A stretch of DNA of 64,000 nt from Longimicrobiales bacterium (GCA_965116905.1 OZ220732.1:3328001-3392000), one strand, 5' to 3'; shown: positions 49,355 through 59,343, counted from the stretch's first letter. The notes: generated by a model not told the origin, from the letters alone. Numbers and translations: made by a program.

Positions 49355-51022
49355 CTATACCGCCCCTCCCAACAGCTCTCGCGCGTGCTCCAGTGACGGA
49401 CCCGACTCCGGGTCCCCACCCAGCATCCGGGCGATCTCCCCGACTCTTTCCTCCCGGGTGCCCACACGCCGCAAGACGCTGACCGCCGCACCATCCACCG
49501 CACGCTTCTCGACCACAAGATGGTTGGACGCGCGCGCCGCGACCCGCGCGAGATGAGTGACCACGAGCACCTGCCGTCCGCGGGCCACGGCTGCGAGCCG
49601 GTCCGCCACCCTGGCAGCGACGCCGCCTCCGACGCCGGCATCCACTTCGTCGAACACCAGGGTGGGAAGATCGTCGATGCCGGCCAGCACGGAGTTGAGC
49701 GCGAGCATGACGCGGGACATCTCGCCGCCGGAAGCGATCTGCGAGAGAGGGGCCGGCGGAAACCCGGGGTTCATCGTGGCCATGAAGCGAACGCGTTCCA
49801 GTCCGCCGGGCGACGGCCCGGCCCGGTCCTCGAAGTGCACCTCCAGGCGCCCGCCCTCCAGCCCGAGTCCGGGGAAGACGGCCTCCGCCTCGGCCGAAAA
49901 CCGGGCGGCCGCTTCCCGCCGCCGCTGCGACAGTTCTTCCGCACGGGCTCGCCAGGCGGCATCGGCCCGGTCCAGCTCGGCCCGCAGGGCGCCGGCGTCC
50001 ATGTCGGCGGTCTCGAGTTCGTCCAGTTCGCGGCGCAGGGTCTCGCCACGCTCGATGACCACGGCCAGCGAGGGGCCGTACTTGCGCTCGAGCCGCTGGA
50101 TCAGGGCCTGCCGCTCGCGAACGGACTCGAGCCGGGCCGGGTCGTGGTCGATGCCCGCCGCGTAGTCCCCAAGCGCGCCGGCCGCATCCGCCACCTGGTG
50201 ATACGCGTCGTCGAGCGCCGCCGCGCTGGCCCCGAGCGCCGGGTCCATCTCGCTCAGGCGCCGCACACGGGCCGCCGAATCCGCGAGCCGGTCCGCGACG
50301 GCGTCCTCGCCCGCGTGGAGAAGCTCGTGCAGCGCGTGACCCTCCCGCGCGAGCGTGTCGGCGTGCGCGAGCCGGTTCGCCTCGATGCGCAGTTCCTCGT
50401 CCTCGCCCGCGTGGAGCTTCGCGCCGACGATCTCGCCGAGCTGGAAGCGGATGAAGTCGGCGCGGGTCTCCAGCTCCCCGCGCCGCTCCTCCAGCGATGC
50501 CAGCCGACTCCCGAGTTCCGCCGCCCGACGGTAGCCGTCCGCAACCTCCACGGCCAACTCGGCGCACCCTCCGAAGGCGTCCAGCACCTGCCGCTGGAAG
50601 CCCGGCGACAGGAGCCGCTGATGCTCGTGCTGCCCGTGGATGTCGACCAGCAGCGACCCGATGCGGCGCAGCATTCCGGCGGTCGCGGGCGAGCCGTTCA
50701 CCCAGCCCCGGCTTCGGCCCTCGGCGCGAACCTCGCGGCGCAGCACCAGGTGGTCGTCGTCACACTCCAGGCCCAATTCGGCCAGCAGTTCCGTGACGGC
50801 GTCGAGGTCGCCGACGTCCACCACGCCCTCGACGAGCGCGCGGGCTTCCCCGGCGCGCACCATTCCCGACGAGGCGCGGCCACCCAGCAGAACCTCCAAA
50901 GCGTCCACCACGATGGACTTGCCGGCCCCGGTTTCCCCCGAAAGCACATTCAGTCCTGGTTCAAGAGAAACACGCAAGTCCCTGAGGACAGCGACGTTGC
51001 TTATTCTGAGTTCAATGAACAT
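49355..51022 (-). CDS. recN: DNA repair protein RecN
   Basis: GETGAGKS, DIHGQHEHQ, ASGGEMSR and FDEVDAGVGG. Confidence 0.96.
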   Translation of the reverse strand: MFIELRISNVAVLRDLRVSLEPGLNVLSGETGAGKSIVVDALEVLLGGRASSGMVRAGEARALVEGVVDVGDLDAVTELLAELGLECDDDHLVLRREVRAEGRSRGWVNGSPATAGMLRRIGSLLVDIHGQHEHQRLLSPGFQRQVLDAFGGCAELAVEVADGYRRAAELGSRLASLEERRGELETRADFIRFQLGEIVGAKLHAGEDEELRIEANRLAHADTLAREGHALHELLHAGEDAVADRLADSAARVRRLSEMDPALGASAAALDDAYHQVADAAGALGDYAAGIDHDPARLESVRERQALIQRLERKYGPSLAVVIERGETLRRELDELETADMDAGALRAELDRADAAWRARAEELSQRRREAAARFSAEAEAVFPGLGLEGGRLEVHFEDRAGPSPGGLERVRFMATMNPGFPPAPLSQIASGGEMSRVMLALNSVLAGIDDLPTLVFDEVDAGVGGGVAARVADRLAAVARGRQVLVVTHLARVAARASNHLVVEKRAVDGAAVSVLRRVGTREERVGEIARMLGGDPESGPSLEHARELLGGAV

Positions 51023-51060
51023 GGACCTTCACGTTGGCGCCTGCGGACGGGCGCCGCCAT

Positions 51061-51144
51061 AGTCGCATGGGCGCCCCAGGAAGCGGCATGGACGCCACCA
51101 GCAGCGGCATGGACGCCACAGGCTGCGGCATCGGCGCCCCCACG
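51061..51144. repeat. 4 x 21-bp degenerate tandem repeat between nadK and recN
   Basis: agtcgcatgggcgccccagga / agcggcatggacgccaccagc / agcggcatggacgccacaggc / tgcggcatcggcgcccccacg. Confidence 0.85.
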
Positions 51145-51169
51145 GCGGCGCGGTGCCCCGCGTGCCCCT

Positions 51170-52111
51170 TCACCCGCCGTCGATCGGCCGGACGGCCCAA
51201 CTCAGCTTCTGCCGCAACGTGGTGAAGAAGGAGTGGCCGGGCAGCCGGACGAGCGGCACCCGTGACGCCCCCATGCGCACCACCACGCGGTCGCTGTATC
51301 CGACCGGCCCGCCCTCCTGGCCGTCCACGGTCAGGAAGAGGGGTTCGCGGCGGTCCAGAGCCGTGACGGTGATCTCCTCGTCGCCGGGCACGACCAGGGG
51401 CCGGACCGCGAGGGTATGGGGAAGGATGGGCGTGACCAGGAAGCAGTTCAATTCGGGCACGATGATGGGGCCACCGGCAGAAAGCGAATACGCGGTAGAC
51501 CCGGTCGGGGTGGCCAGAATGACGCCGTCCCCGGAGAAGCTGCCGATCTCCTCCGGATCGTCCTCCGGTCCCACCCACAGGTCGAGACGGATGACCTGGG
51601 CGGCTCCCGCCTTGTGAACCACCACGTCGTTCAGAACGGTGAACCTGGCCCGGGCCATCCCTTCAGGGGACCGCACCTCTGCCTCGAGCGTCCGTCGCTC
51701 TTCGATCGAGTACTCGCCACCCAGCACCCGCCGGAGACCCTCTTCGATCGCCTGGCCGGACACCGAGGTCAGGAACCCCATGCTCCCCATGTTGATTCCC
51801 AGTACGGGGATCCCGCGGCCGAACACGGACCGCGCGGCGCGCAGCAGCGTGCCGTCGCCGCCGAGCGAGATGACCAGGTCGACGGGGTGGTCCGCGTCGG
51901 GGTCGTGCCGCTCCGCGGATACGACAAAATCGGACATACTTGCGACAATTTCGGCGGATTGCGCCACCGGTGACCCCAGATCCGGCTCCAACGACGCCGA
52001 AGCGCCGAATTCACCCGCAACCCGCGCGACCTGCTGGTACGCGTCGCGGATGCCGGGATCCGCGCCGTCCCTGCCCAGAACCGCGATATGCCGGAATGCC
52101 AAGGTCGTCAC
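51170..52111 (-). CDS. nadK: NAD(+) kinase
   Basis: LGGDGTLL, GINMGSMGFL, LNDVV and TPTGSTAYSLSAGGP. GTG start overlaps the ispA stop. Confidence 0.95.
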   Translation of the reverse strand: MTTLAFRHIAVLGRDGADPGIRDAYQQVARVAGEFGASASLEPDLGSPVAQSAEIVASMSDFVVSAERHDPDADHPVDLVISLGGDGTLLRAARSVFGRGIPVLGINMGSMGFLTSVSGQAIEEGLRRVLGGEYSIEERRTLEAEVRSPEGMARARFTVLNDVVVHKAGAAQVIRLDLWVGPEDDPEEIGSFSGDGVILATPTGSTAYSLSAGGPIIVPELNCFLVTPILPHTLAVRPLVVPGDEEITVTALDRREPLFLTVDGQEGGPVGYSDRVVVRMGASRVPLVRLPGHSFFTTLRQKLSWAVRPIDGG

Positions 52112-53082
52112 CGTTTGCGTTGAATCACGAAATCCGCCAACTGTCTGAGCCTGGGTGCGGCCAGGCCCGCAGCGTCGAGCGACGCCAGTCCGCGGGCGAT
52201 GAGCTCCTCTGCCCGCCTGCGCGCCCCATCGACACCCAACAGCCCAACATAGGTGGATTTCTCCAGTTCCGCGTCGGAAGGGCGCTTTCCGAGCACATCC
52301 GCGGACTCCGTGGCGTCGAGCACGTCGTCCATCACCTGGAAGGCCACTCCCAGCGCGCGGCCGTAGCTGCCGATCGCGCGCAGCGCCCCTTCCCCGGCCC
52401 CCGATGCCATCGCGCCCATCTCCAGCGAGGCGGCGAGGAGCGCACCCGTCTTGAGGCCGTGCAGGGTCGCCAGCTCCTCCTCCGTCAGCGACCGGCCCTC
52501 CGAGAGCAGGTCGAGCGCCTGACCGCCGATCATGCCGCCGGCTCCGGCCGCTTCGAGCAGGTGCGCTGTGATGTCCCGGGCTCCGGAAGTCGTGCAACCC
52601 GCCGCGCGGGCGCTGCCATAGGCCCATGCCGCAGCCCAGGGGATGAGGACGGCACCCGCATAGGTGGCCGTATGCACGCCATGAGCGACGTGGACCGTTG
52701 GCTTCCCCCGGCGCAGGGGGGCATCGTCCATGCAGGGAAGGTCGTCGTGAATCAGCGAATACGCGTGGATCAGCTCCACCGAGGCCGAAAGGTCGTAGAG
52801 CGAGTCCCCGGGCTCGCCCCCGGTCTCCTCATGAGCCGTGGCAAGCAGAAGAGGCCGCAGGCGCTTTCCCCCACTCATGACCCCGCCCTCGACAGCGGGG
52901 AGCAACCCGTCAGGCACCACCGCGGCCATCTCGTCCAGGCAGCGGCGCATTCCGGCCTCGATACGCTGTCTGCGGTCGTCCAGCCACGCCGCGAAGGAGA
53001 GGTCAGTCGCGGTCTCCGCCATTGCGGTCTCCGTCATTGCGGTCTCCGTCACTCCGGTCCCCGTCATTGCGGTCCCCGTCAC
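52108..53082 (-). CDS. ispA: Farnesyl/geranyl diphosphate synthase
   Basis: GGKRLRP, HAYSLIHDDLPCMDD..LRRG, KTGAL and FQVMDDVLD. Five possible in-frame starts (53022-53082). Confidence 0.92.
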   Translation of the reverse strand: MTGTAMTGTGVTETAMTETAMAETATDLSFAAWLDDRRQRIEAGMRRCLDEMAAVVPDGLLPAVEGGVMSGGKRLRPLLLATAHEETGGEPGDSLYDLSASVELIHAYSLIHDDLPCMDDAPLRRGKPTVHVAHGVHTATYAGAVLIPWAAAWAYGSARAAGCTTSGARDITAHLLEAAGAGGMIGGQALDLLSEGRSLTEEELATLHGLKTGALLAASLEMGAMASGAGEGALRAIGSYGRALGVAFQVMDDVLDATESADVLGKRPSDAELEKSTYVGLLGVDGARRRAEELIARGLASLDAAGLAAPRLRQLADFVIQRKR

Positions 53083-53332
53083 TGCGGTCGCCGCGGCCAG
53101 GGGGCCTATGGCCAGGGGCCCCGAACTCGCGCGCCTCCTCCCCTTCCGGTCCGATCAACTCTTCAACCTTCAGCTCGGCCGACTCGAGAATCCTTCGTGC
53201 GCGCCGGAGGTGGCCGACGCCCTCCTCGAACAGCGCAAGCGCCTCGTCGAGGTCGATTTCATCGGAGTCCAGCGCCGCGACGATCTCCTCGATCCGCCTG
53301 AGGCGGCCGTCCAGTCCGCCTTCAGCCGGCAC
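53003..53332 (-). CDS. xseB: Exodeoxyribonuclease VII small subunit
   Basis: LRRIEEIVAALDSDEIDLDEALALFEEG..AELKV. Lies between xseA and ispA. Confidence 0.92.
   Translation of the reverse strand: MPAEGGLDGRLRRIEEIVAALDSDEIDLDEALALFEEGVGHLRRARRILESAELKVEELIGPEGEEAREFGAPGHRPPGRGDRSDGDRNDGDRSDGDRNDGDRNGGDRD
53008..53095. repeat. ~6 x 15-bp tandem repeat shared by the xseB C-terminus and ispA N-terminus
   Basis: Minus-strand unit ~ATGACGGAGACCGCA, read as MTETA in ispA and GDRND in xseB. Confidence 0.9.
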
Positions 53333-54611
53333 GCTGAGGCCTCCCGGCGGAGCGGCGACCTGTCCCGGCGCGGCCCGGGGTCGCCCCGGGATCATCGCCC
53401 GTGTCGGCGACCGTACACGCCACGCGCCCGTCCACGACCCGCAAGCCGAAGTCCAGCGCCGGGGGGAAGTCCGCCGTCGTGCGCAGGAGCCGGCCCTCGC
53501 CGTCGAGGGGGACTGCGTACCCGCGCGCCAGGGTGGACATGGGAGACAGCGCCTCCATGGCCGCCGCGTCCCGGGCGAGACGGGCCCGAAGGCGCGCAAT
53601 CCGCTCCCGCATGATGCCGGCCATCCGCGCCCGTTCTCTCGCCAGCCGCTCTCGACAGGTCCCCACCCGCCGCCGGCCGCGCCGTTGGAGCAGGTCACGC
53701 GCCTGATCCAGCCTCCAGCGGCGGGACCGGGCCTGGGCGGCGAGCCCCTTCCCCAGCCTGGTCCCGACGTTGGCCAGCGTCCGGACGACCGCCTCCCGAT
53801 CCGGAACCACCGCCCCCGCCGCCGCTGACGGAGTCGCCGCGCGCACGTCCGCGACCAGGTCGCAGATGGTGACATCGGTTTCGTGCCCCACGCCCGACAC
53901 GACCGGCACCGGGCTCGAGGCAACAGCGCGCGCGACGGCCTCCTCGTTGAAGCCCCAGAGGTCCTCGATCGTGCCGCCTCCGCGAGCCACGATGATCACG
54001 TCCACGTCCCGCGACGCCAGGGTCGAGATCGCCGCCGCGATCTCCTCGCCCGCCCCGCGGCCCTGCACACGCGTCCCCCGTACCAGGAGCCGCACCCACG
54101 GGGCTCGCCGCGCGATCACCGCGATCACGTCTCTCAGGGCGGCACCCGTCGGCGACGTCACGACGCCCACCGTGCCGGGGAACGGCGGAGGGCTCCGCTT
54201 GCGGGCCGGGTCGGTCAGCCCCTCTGCATCCAGCTGCCTCTTCAGCCGGTCGAACGCGAGCTTCCACATGCCGCCTTCGCTCTCGGCCTCCAGCCTGGCC
54301 GCCACGAGCTGATAGATGCCCCGCGCCTCGTACAGCGTCAGTCCGCCGAAGACGCGCACGGTCATGCCCTCGCGGGGATCGGTGGGCAGCCGGGCGGCCT
54401 CTCTTCGGAACATGACGCAGCGGAGCTGGGCGGCATCGTCCTTCAGGGTGAAGTAGCAGTGCCCGGAGCGCTGCCGCCGGAAATTCGTGACTTCGCCGCC
54501 CACCCAGAGCTGCGGAAGGCTCTGCTCCAGCTGCAGGCGCACCGCCCGGTTGACCTGGCGGACCTTCCACACGCGGGGAGCCGGGAACAGATCCAGTGTG
54601 CCGTCGGTCAC
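53322..54611 (-). CDS. xseA: Exodeoxyribonuclease VII large subunit
   Basis: [30 protein letters not shown] and GVGHETD. Confidence 0.95.
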   Translation of the reverse strand: MTDGTLDLFPAPRVWKVRQVNRAVRLQLEQSLPQLWVGGEVTNFRRQRSGHCYFTLKDDAAQLRCVMFRREAARLPTDPREGMTVRVFGGLTLYEARGIYQLVAARLEAESEGGMWKLAFDRLKRQLDAEGLTDPARKRSPPPFPGTVGVVTSPTGAALRDVIAVIARRAPWVRLLVRGTRVQGRGAGEEIAAAISTLASRDVDVIIVARGGGTIEDLWGFNEEAVARAVASSPVPVVSGVGHETDVTICDLVADVRAATPSAAAGAVVPDREAVVRTLANVGTRLGKGLAAQARSRRWRLDQARDLLQRRGRRRVGTCRERLARERARMAGIMRERIARLRARLARDAAAMEALSPMSTLARGYAVPLDGEGRLLRTTADFPPALDFGLRVVDGRVACTVADTGDDPGATPGRAGTGRRSAGRPQRAG

Positions 54612-55501
54612 CGTGCGCGGCTGTTCAGCCGGATCGCCGCCTCGACGGTGTTGGCCAGAAGCATGGCGATCGTCATCGGACCCACTCCACCCGGCACCGG
54701 CGTGATCGCGGAAGCCACCTTGCTCACGCCCTCGAAGTCCACGTCCCCGACCACGCGGTACCCCCGCTCCCGGGTCGGGTCGTCCACGCGGTTCGTGCCC
54801 ACGTCGATCACGGTGACTCCGGGCTTGACCATGTCGCGCGTGATGGTGTCGGGCCACCCGACCGCCGCGATCAGGATGTCTGCGGTACGCGTGACGGCGC
54901 CGAGGTCGGGGGTGCGGCTGTGGGCGACCGTCACCGTGGCGTTGCCGCCGGCCGCCTTGCGAAGCAGCAGCAGCGCCATGGGCTTGCCCACGATGTTCGA
55001 CCGCCCCACCACGACGGCGTGCTTCCCCGAGGGGTCCACGCCGCTCCGGACGAGCATCTCGATCACGCCCCGGGGGGTGCAGGGCGCCAGCACATTCGGG
55101 TCGCCCGTCGCGAGGCGGCCCACGTTTACGGGATGGAAGCCGTCGACATCCTTGTCGGGGTCGATGGCCATGAGGACCTTGGACTCGTCGATCTGCCGCG
55201 GCAGCGGAAGCTGCACGAGAATCCCGTGGATCGCCGGGTCCGCGTTGAGGTCGGCGATGAGGTCGAGCAGGTCGGCCTCGCCGACGGAGTCCGGCAGGGT
55301 GATCTGACGCGAGTGAATCCCGGCGGCGGCGGCCGCCTTGTTCTTCATGCCCACGTACAGCCGGCTGGCCGGATCCTCGCCCGCCAGCACGGTCGCCAGA
55401 CCGGGCACAAGCCCCTCCCGGGCCAGCGCCGAGACCTGCTCGTTCAACTCATTCCGGATCGTTCCGGCGATGTCCTTCCCTGAAATGATCTTGGCCGACA
55501 T
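54608..55501 (-). CDS. folD: Methylenetetrahydrofolate dehydrogenase/cyclohydrolase
   Basis: [30 protein letters not shown] and [11 protein letters not shown]. Confidence 0.97.
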   Translation of the reverse strand: MSAKIISGKDIAGTIRNELNEQVSALAREGLVPGLATVLAGEDPASRLYVGMKNKAAAAAGIHSRQITLPDSVGEADLLDLIADLNADPAIHGILVQLPLPRQIDESKVLMAIDPDKDVDGFHPVNVGRLATGDPNVLAPCTPRGVIEMLVRSGVDPSGKHAVVVGRSNIVGKPMALLLLRKAAGGNATVTVAHSRTPDLGAVTRTADILIAAVGWPDTITRDMVKPGVTVIDVGTNRVDDPTRERGYRVVGDVDFEGVSKVASAITPVPGGVGPMTIAMLLANTVEAAIRLNSRAR

Positions 55502-55600
55502 GAATCCCCAGTTCCGCTGGTTGCGTGTGGTGGCAAGGGCCCCGATCAGGGGATCGCGGACCCCGAACAATGAAAGGTGTTCCCGCTGGCGGCATTCCCG

Positions 55601-57169
55601 CTAGCGCGCGAAGTCGATGGCACGGGTCTCGCGAATCACGACGACCTTGATCTGACCCGGGTACTGCAACTCGTCCTCGATTCTCCGGGCCACCGCCTCC
55701 GACATCCGGGTCATGGCGTCGTCGGACACCTGCTCCGGCTCGACCATGACCCTGAGCTCGCGTCCCGCCTGAATCGCGAAACAGCGCTCGACGCCGGGGT
55801 GTTCGGTGGCGATCTCCTCGAGCTTCTCGAGTCGCTTCACGTACCCCTCGAACATCTCCCGGCGCGCGCCCGGGCGGGCCCCGCTGATGGCGTCGGCGGC
55901 GGTCACGAGCCAGGCCTCCGCATAGCGGTGCGGTTCCTCGTCGTGGTGGGCCTTGATCGCGTTCAGCACGACATCGGGCTCCTTGAAGCGCTTGCAGAGC
56001 CGGTAGCCAAGTTCCACGTGCGTGAGTTCCTGCTCGTGCGTCAAACCCTTGCCGACGTCGTGGAGAAGCCCCGCCCGCCTCGTCGCCTGCACGTCCAGCC
56101 CCATCTCGGCAGCCATGTTCCCCGCCAGGAGCGCGACTTCCCTCGCGTGAGCCAGCTGATTCTGCCCGTAGGAGGTGCGGAACTTCAGGCGCCCGAGCAC
56201 CTTGATGACCTCGGGGTGCACGCTGTGGATGCCCAGGCCGTAGAGCACCTCCTCGGCCGCCTCGCGCATTTCGACCTCGACCTCCTTCTCGCTCTTTGCG
56301 ACGGTCTCCTCGATCCGCGCGGGGTGAATGCGGCCGTCCTCGATCAGCCGGGCCAGCGCGACGCGAGCGACCTCGCGGCGCACGGGATTGTACCCCGACA
56401 GGACGACCGCTTCCGGAGTGTCGTCGATGATCACGTCGATGCCGGTGGCCTGCTCGAACGCGCGGATGTTGCGCCCCTCGCGCCCGATGATCCGCCCCTT
56501 CATCTCATCGGACGGGAGCTGCACGACCGAGACGGTAAGCTGGGCCGTCTCGTCGGCCGCCATGCGCTGGATGGCCATCGCCACCAGCTTCTTCGCCTCG
56601 CGGTCCGCCGTGCGCTGCGCCTCGTCGCGAATCTCCCGAACCCGGTTGGCGGCTTCGGCGCGCGCCTCGTCCTTGATCTCGGCGACGAGTTCGCCCCTGG
56701 CCTCCTCGGCGGTGAGCCCCGCCAGCGACTCCAGCCGGGTCCGCGTCTCGGCCAGGGCCCGCTCGACTTCCGCTCCCCGCCCGGCGACCTCCGACTCGCG
56801 GCGCTTCAGGCCCTCCTCCCGTTCCTCCAGTGCATCGGAACGGCGGTCGAGAAGATCCGACTTGCGGTCGACGGCCTCGGCGCGGCTGACCAGCCTGCGC
56901 TCACCCCGCTCGACATCCTCGCGGCGCCGGCTCTCTTCGGACTCCCAGGTCTCCCTGAGCCGGTAGACCTCTTCCCTGGCCTGCAGTTCGGCGGTGCGGC
57001 GGAGGTTTTCTGCGTCTTCCCCTGCCCGCTTGCGGATCAGCGACGCCTCGTCCCGTGCCTCTTCCTTTTCCTCACGCTGCCGCGCGCGCTCCCGGTTCCT
57101 CCCCAGGAGGTAACCGAGGATTGCCGCGACAACCGCGCCGACCGCCAGGGACATACCCAGCGGATCCAT
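55601..57169 (-). CDS. rny: Ribonuclease Y
   Basis: N-terminal TM, coiled coil, KH motif KGRIIGREGRNIR and HD motif LLHDVGK. Confidence 0.97.
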   Translation of the reverse strand: MDPLGMSLAVGAVVAAILGYLLGRNRERARQREEKEEARDEASLIRKRAGEDAENLRRTAELQAREEVYRLRETWESEESRRREDVERGERRLVSRAEAVDRKSDLLDRRSDALEEREEGLKRRESEVAGRGAEVERALAETRTRLESLAGLTAEEARGELVAEIKDEARAEAANRVREIRDEAQRTADREAKKLVAMAIQRMAADETAQLTVSVVQLPSDEMKGRIIGREGRNIRAFEQATGIDVIIDDTPEAVVLSGYNPVRREVARVALARLIEDGRIHPARIEETVAKSEKEVEVEMREAAEEVLYGLGIHSVHPEVIKVLGRLKFRTSYGQNQLAHAREVALLAGNMAAEMGLDVQATRRAGLLHDVGKGLTHEQELTHVELGYRLCKRFKEPDVVLNAIKAHHDEEPHRYAEAWLVTAADAISGARPGARREMFEGYVKRLEKLEEIATEHPGVERCFAIQAGRELRVMVEPEQVSDDAMTRMSEAVARRIEDELQYPGQIKVVVIRETRAIDFAR

Positions 57170-57263
57170 GTATTTTCTCCAAGGCCGAACCTTCGTCCGG
57201 CCGCGTGATTCGACAAGGTAAACACGGCGGGGGATCCGGCCGCGGACTTCCTTGATTGCGCCT

Positions 57264-57292
57264 ACGTTATTCCCGTGCCGACCCTGACGCAA
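57264..57292 (-). promoter_or_regulatory. Candidate sigma70 promoter for rny
   Basis: TTGCGT (57287-57292)-N17-TAACGT (57264-57269). Confidence 0.55.
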
Positions 57293-57349
57293 GCATCGGC
57301 GCGGCGCCTCGCCGGCCCGGTATGGGACGCCGGGGTGGTCCGCGGATCG

Positions 57350-58030
57350 CTAGCGAATCTCCGGCCCACCCGTCCGGTTGTCGGGCACGAAACGGTCGCG
57401 ATAGGGCATCTCGACCGCCGCCAGCGAGGCGGCATCCATGACCCCGTCCGCGGGCACCAGGCCGCCCAAATGAAGCACGTAGGCCACGACGGCATAGACA
57501 TCGTCGTCGCTCAGGATCCCGGGGGTGGTCTGCGGCATCGCCTTGCGGGTGTAGTCGTAGAGCGTCGTCGCGTAGGGCCAGTATCCGCCTACGGTGCGGC
57601 CGGCCGGCCACTGCTCCCAGGGGCCCGGGCTGACCAGCCGGTCGTTGGGGCCCTCGGTGCCCGTGGGGCCGTGACACTGGAGACAGTGGGTCTCGTAGAC
57701 CAGCCGTCCCTCGGCGACCGACCCGCTGCCGGGAGGCAGCCCCTCGCCGTCCGGCTTGACGTCGATATCCCAGAGGGCCACCCGCTCTTCCGTGGCCGGT
57801 GTTCCGAATCCGAAGCGCCCGGGCGCATGCTCCGCCAGCGCGACGTGCCAGTCGTCGCCTTCTTCGGCCACCGCCCGGGCTGCGGGCGTCCCCCCCACCA
57901 CTGCCTCGGGCGCAGGCGCCCCCGGCGAGCACGCGGCCACCGCGGCCAGCGCGCCCGCGGCCAGGAGCATGGCCGACCGTGGCATCGCCGACCGGAGCAT
58001 CGCCGACTGGGACATCGCCGACCGTGGCAT
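57350..58030 (-). CDS. SoxD-like monoheme cytochrome c, probable lipoprotein
   Basis: WDIDVKPDGEGLPPGSGSV..G, CLQCHG, TVGGYWPYATTLYDY..KAMP and MPYRDRF, with a VAAC lipobox. Confidence 0.85.
   Translation of the reverse strand: MPRSAMSQSAMLRSAMPRSAMLLAAGALAAVAACSPGAPAPEAVVGGTPAARAVAEEGDDWHVALAEHAPGRFGFGTPATEERVALWDIDVKPDGEGLPPGSGSVAEGRLVYETHCLQCHGPTGTEGPNDRLVSPGPWEQWPAGRTVGGYWPYATTLYDYTRKAMPQTTPGILSDDDVYAVVAYVLHLGGLVPADGVMDAASLAAVEMPYRDRFVPDNRTGGPEIR
57967..58030. repeat. ~4.5 x 15-bp tandem repeat containing start codons
   Basis: Encodes MPRSA-MSQSA-MLRSA-MPRSA-ML. Confidence 0.9.
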
Positions 58031-58044
58031 CCCGCGGCCGGGCG

Positions 58045-59343
58045 TCACAGCAAGTCCCCCAGACCGAAGGTGACCACGCCGTCCGCGGCGACCTTCCAAG
58101 CACGCTGATGGTTGTGGTGGTACGACGTGCGGTCTCCGCGCGCATCCCACAGCTGCTGCACCGTGGGCTGCACGTAGCCGGTCTCGTCGGTCGCGCGGCT
58201 GAGGATCACGGTTTCGCGGCCGTCCCAGTTCCAGAGATGCCGGAAGCGGACCGTCGACTTCGACAGCACGGGCGGCTGCAGCGCGGCGTCGGACCACGAC
58301 CGGCCGCCGTCGGTGCTCACTTCGACCCGGGTGATCCTTCCGCGACCCGTCCAGGCCAGGCCCTCGATCTCCCACCAGCCGCGCTCGGGCAGGACATAGG
58401 GGTAGGACGGAAAGGTGATGAGCGACTTGGCGTCCATGACGAAGCTGAAAATCCGAGCCGTACCGTCCTTGAGCGGATCGGTGTAGCGCGACGTTTCGTC
58501 CCGGGTCATGGTCGGCCGGTCCGAGACCTCGATCCGGCGCAGCCACTTCACCTGGGCGTTGCCCTCCCAGCCCGGCAGAAGCAGACGCACCGGGTATCCC
58601 TGCTCGGGACGAATCGCCTCCCCGTTCTGCCCGTAGGCCAGCATGGCGTCGTCCATCGCCTTGTCCAGGGGAACGCTCCGGGACATGACCGCGGCGTCGG
58701 CGCCCTCCGCGAGGATCCAGCTGGCGCCCGGCCGCACGCCGACCTCGCGCAGGATGGTCGACAGCATCACCCCCGTCCACTCGCTGGTGCTGAGCAGTCC
58801 GTCCAGCTGCTGCGGCGAAATCTCTGTGGGCATTCGGCTGCGGCTGTACGCTCCGCCACCGTTGCCGGAACATTCGACGAAACAGATCCGGGACGTCTGG
58901 GGATACCGTCTCAGGTCAGCCATGCGGAACACCATCGGCCGCTCGACCATGCCGTGCACGAGAACCTCGTGATCCTCCGCGGCGATGTCCGGAACGCCCG
59001 CGTGGTGGCGCTCGAAGTGGAGGTCCGAGGGCGTGATCGTACCCTGCAGGTCCTGGAGCGGCGTGCGCGACGAACTCGACAGGGCCAGGGTGCGCAGGAG
59101 GCGCCGCGGCTGCTCGCCCGGGGCGCGCGTCCCCAACTCGGAGACGAACCGTCCCGGGACCTTCGTCGGGTCGGCGGGCGCGGGAACGACCTCCTGCAGT
59201 GCCGGGGCCGGGACCGGGATCGTGCCCCCGGACGGCTCCGCCCTGAGCGCGTCCCAGCGGGTCATCACAATCCCCGAAGCCGCCGTTCCGGAAGCGGCGA
59301 GCCAGGCGCGGCGGGAAAGGCGGGTGTGCTCGGTGTCGGGCAT
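58045..59343 (-). CDS. soxC: Sulfite dehydrogenase / SoxC-type molybdopterin enzyme (Tat-exported)
   Basis: LSRRAWL Tat signal, GTITPSDLHFERHH, ECSGNG, EQGYPVRLLLPGWEGN..KWLRR and SRATDETGYVQP. Confidence 0.9.
   Translation of the reverse strand: MPDTEHTRLSRRAWLAASGTAASGIVMTRWDALRAEPSGGTIPVPAPALQEVVPAPADPTKVPGRFVSELGTRAPGEQPRRLLRTLALSSSSRTPLQDLQGTITPSDLHFERHHAGVPDIAAEDHEVLVHGMVERPMVFRMADLRRYPQTSRICFVECSGNGGGAYSRSRMPTEISPQQLDGLLSTSEWTGVMLSTILREVGVRPGASWILAEGADAAVMSRSVPLDKAMDDAMLAYGQNGEAIRPEQGYPVRLLLPGWEGNAQVKWLRRIEVSDRPTMTRDETSRYTDPLKDGTARIFSFVMDAKSLITFPSYPYVLPERGWWEIEGLAWTGRGRITRVEVSTDGGRSWSDAALQPPVLSKSTVRFRHLWNWDGRETVILSRATDETGYVQPTVQQLWDARGDRTSYHHNHQRAWKVAADGVVTFGLGDLL

Noticed and set aside
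51061..51144. CRISPR array in this or other repeat tracts
   Set aside because: Repeats are head-to-tail and degenerate, with no unique spacers and no cas genes.
57170..57349. 6S RNA at its common position upstream of rny
   Set aside because: The gap holds a candidate promoter leaving only ~90 nt of leader, with no long rod structure evident. The zapA-soxC gap is only ~22 bp.
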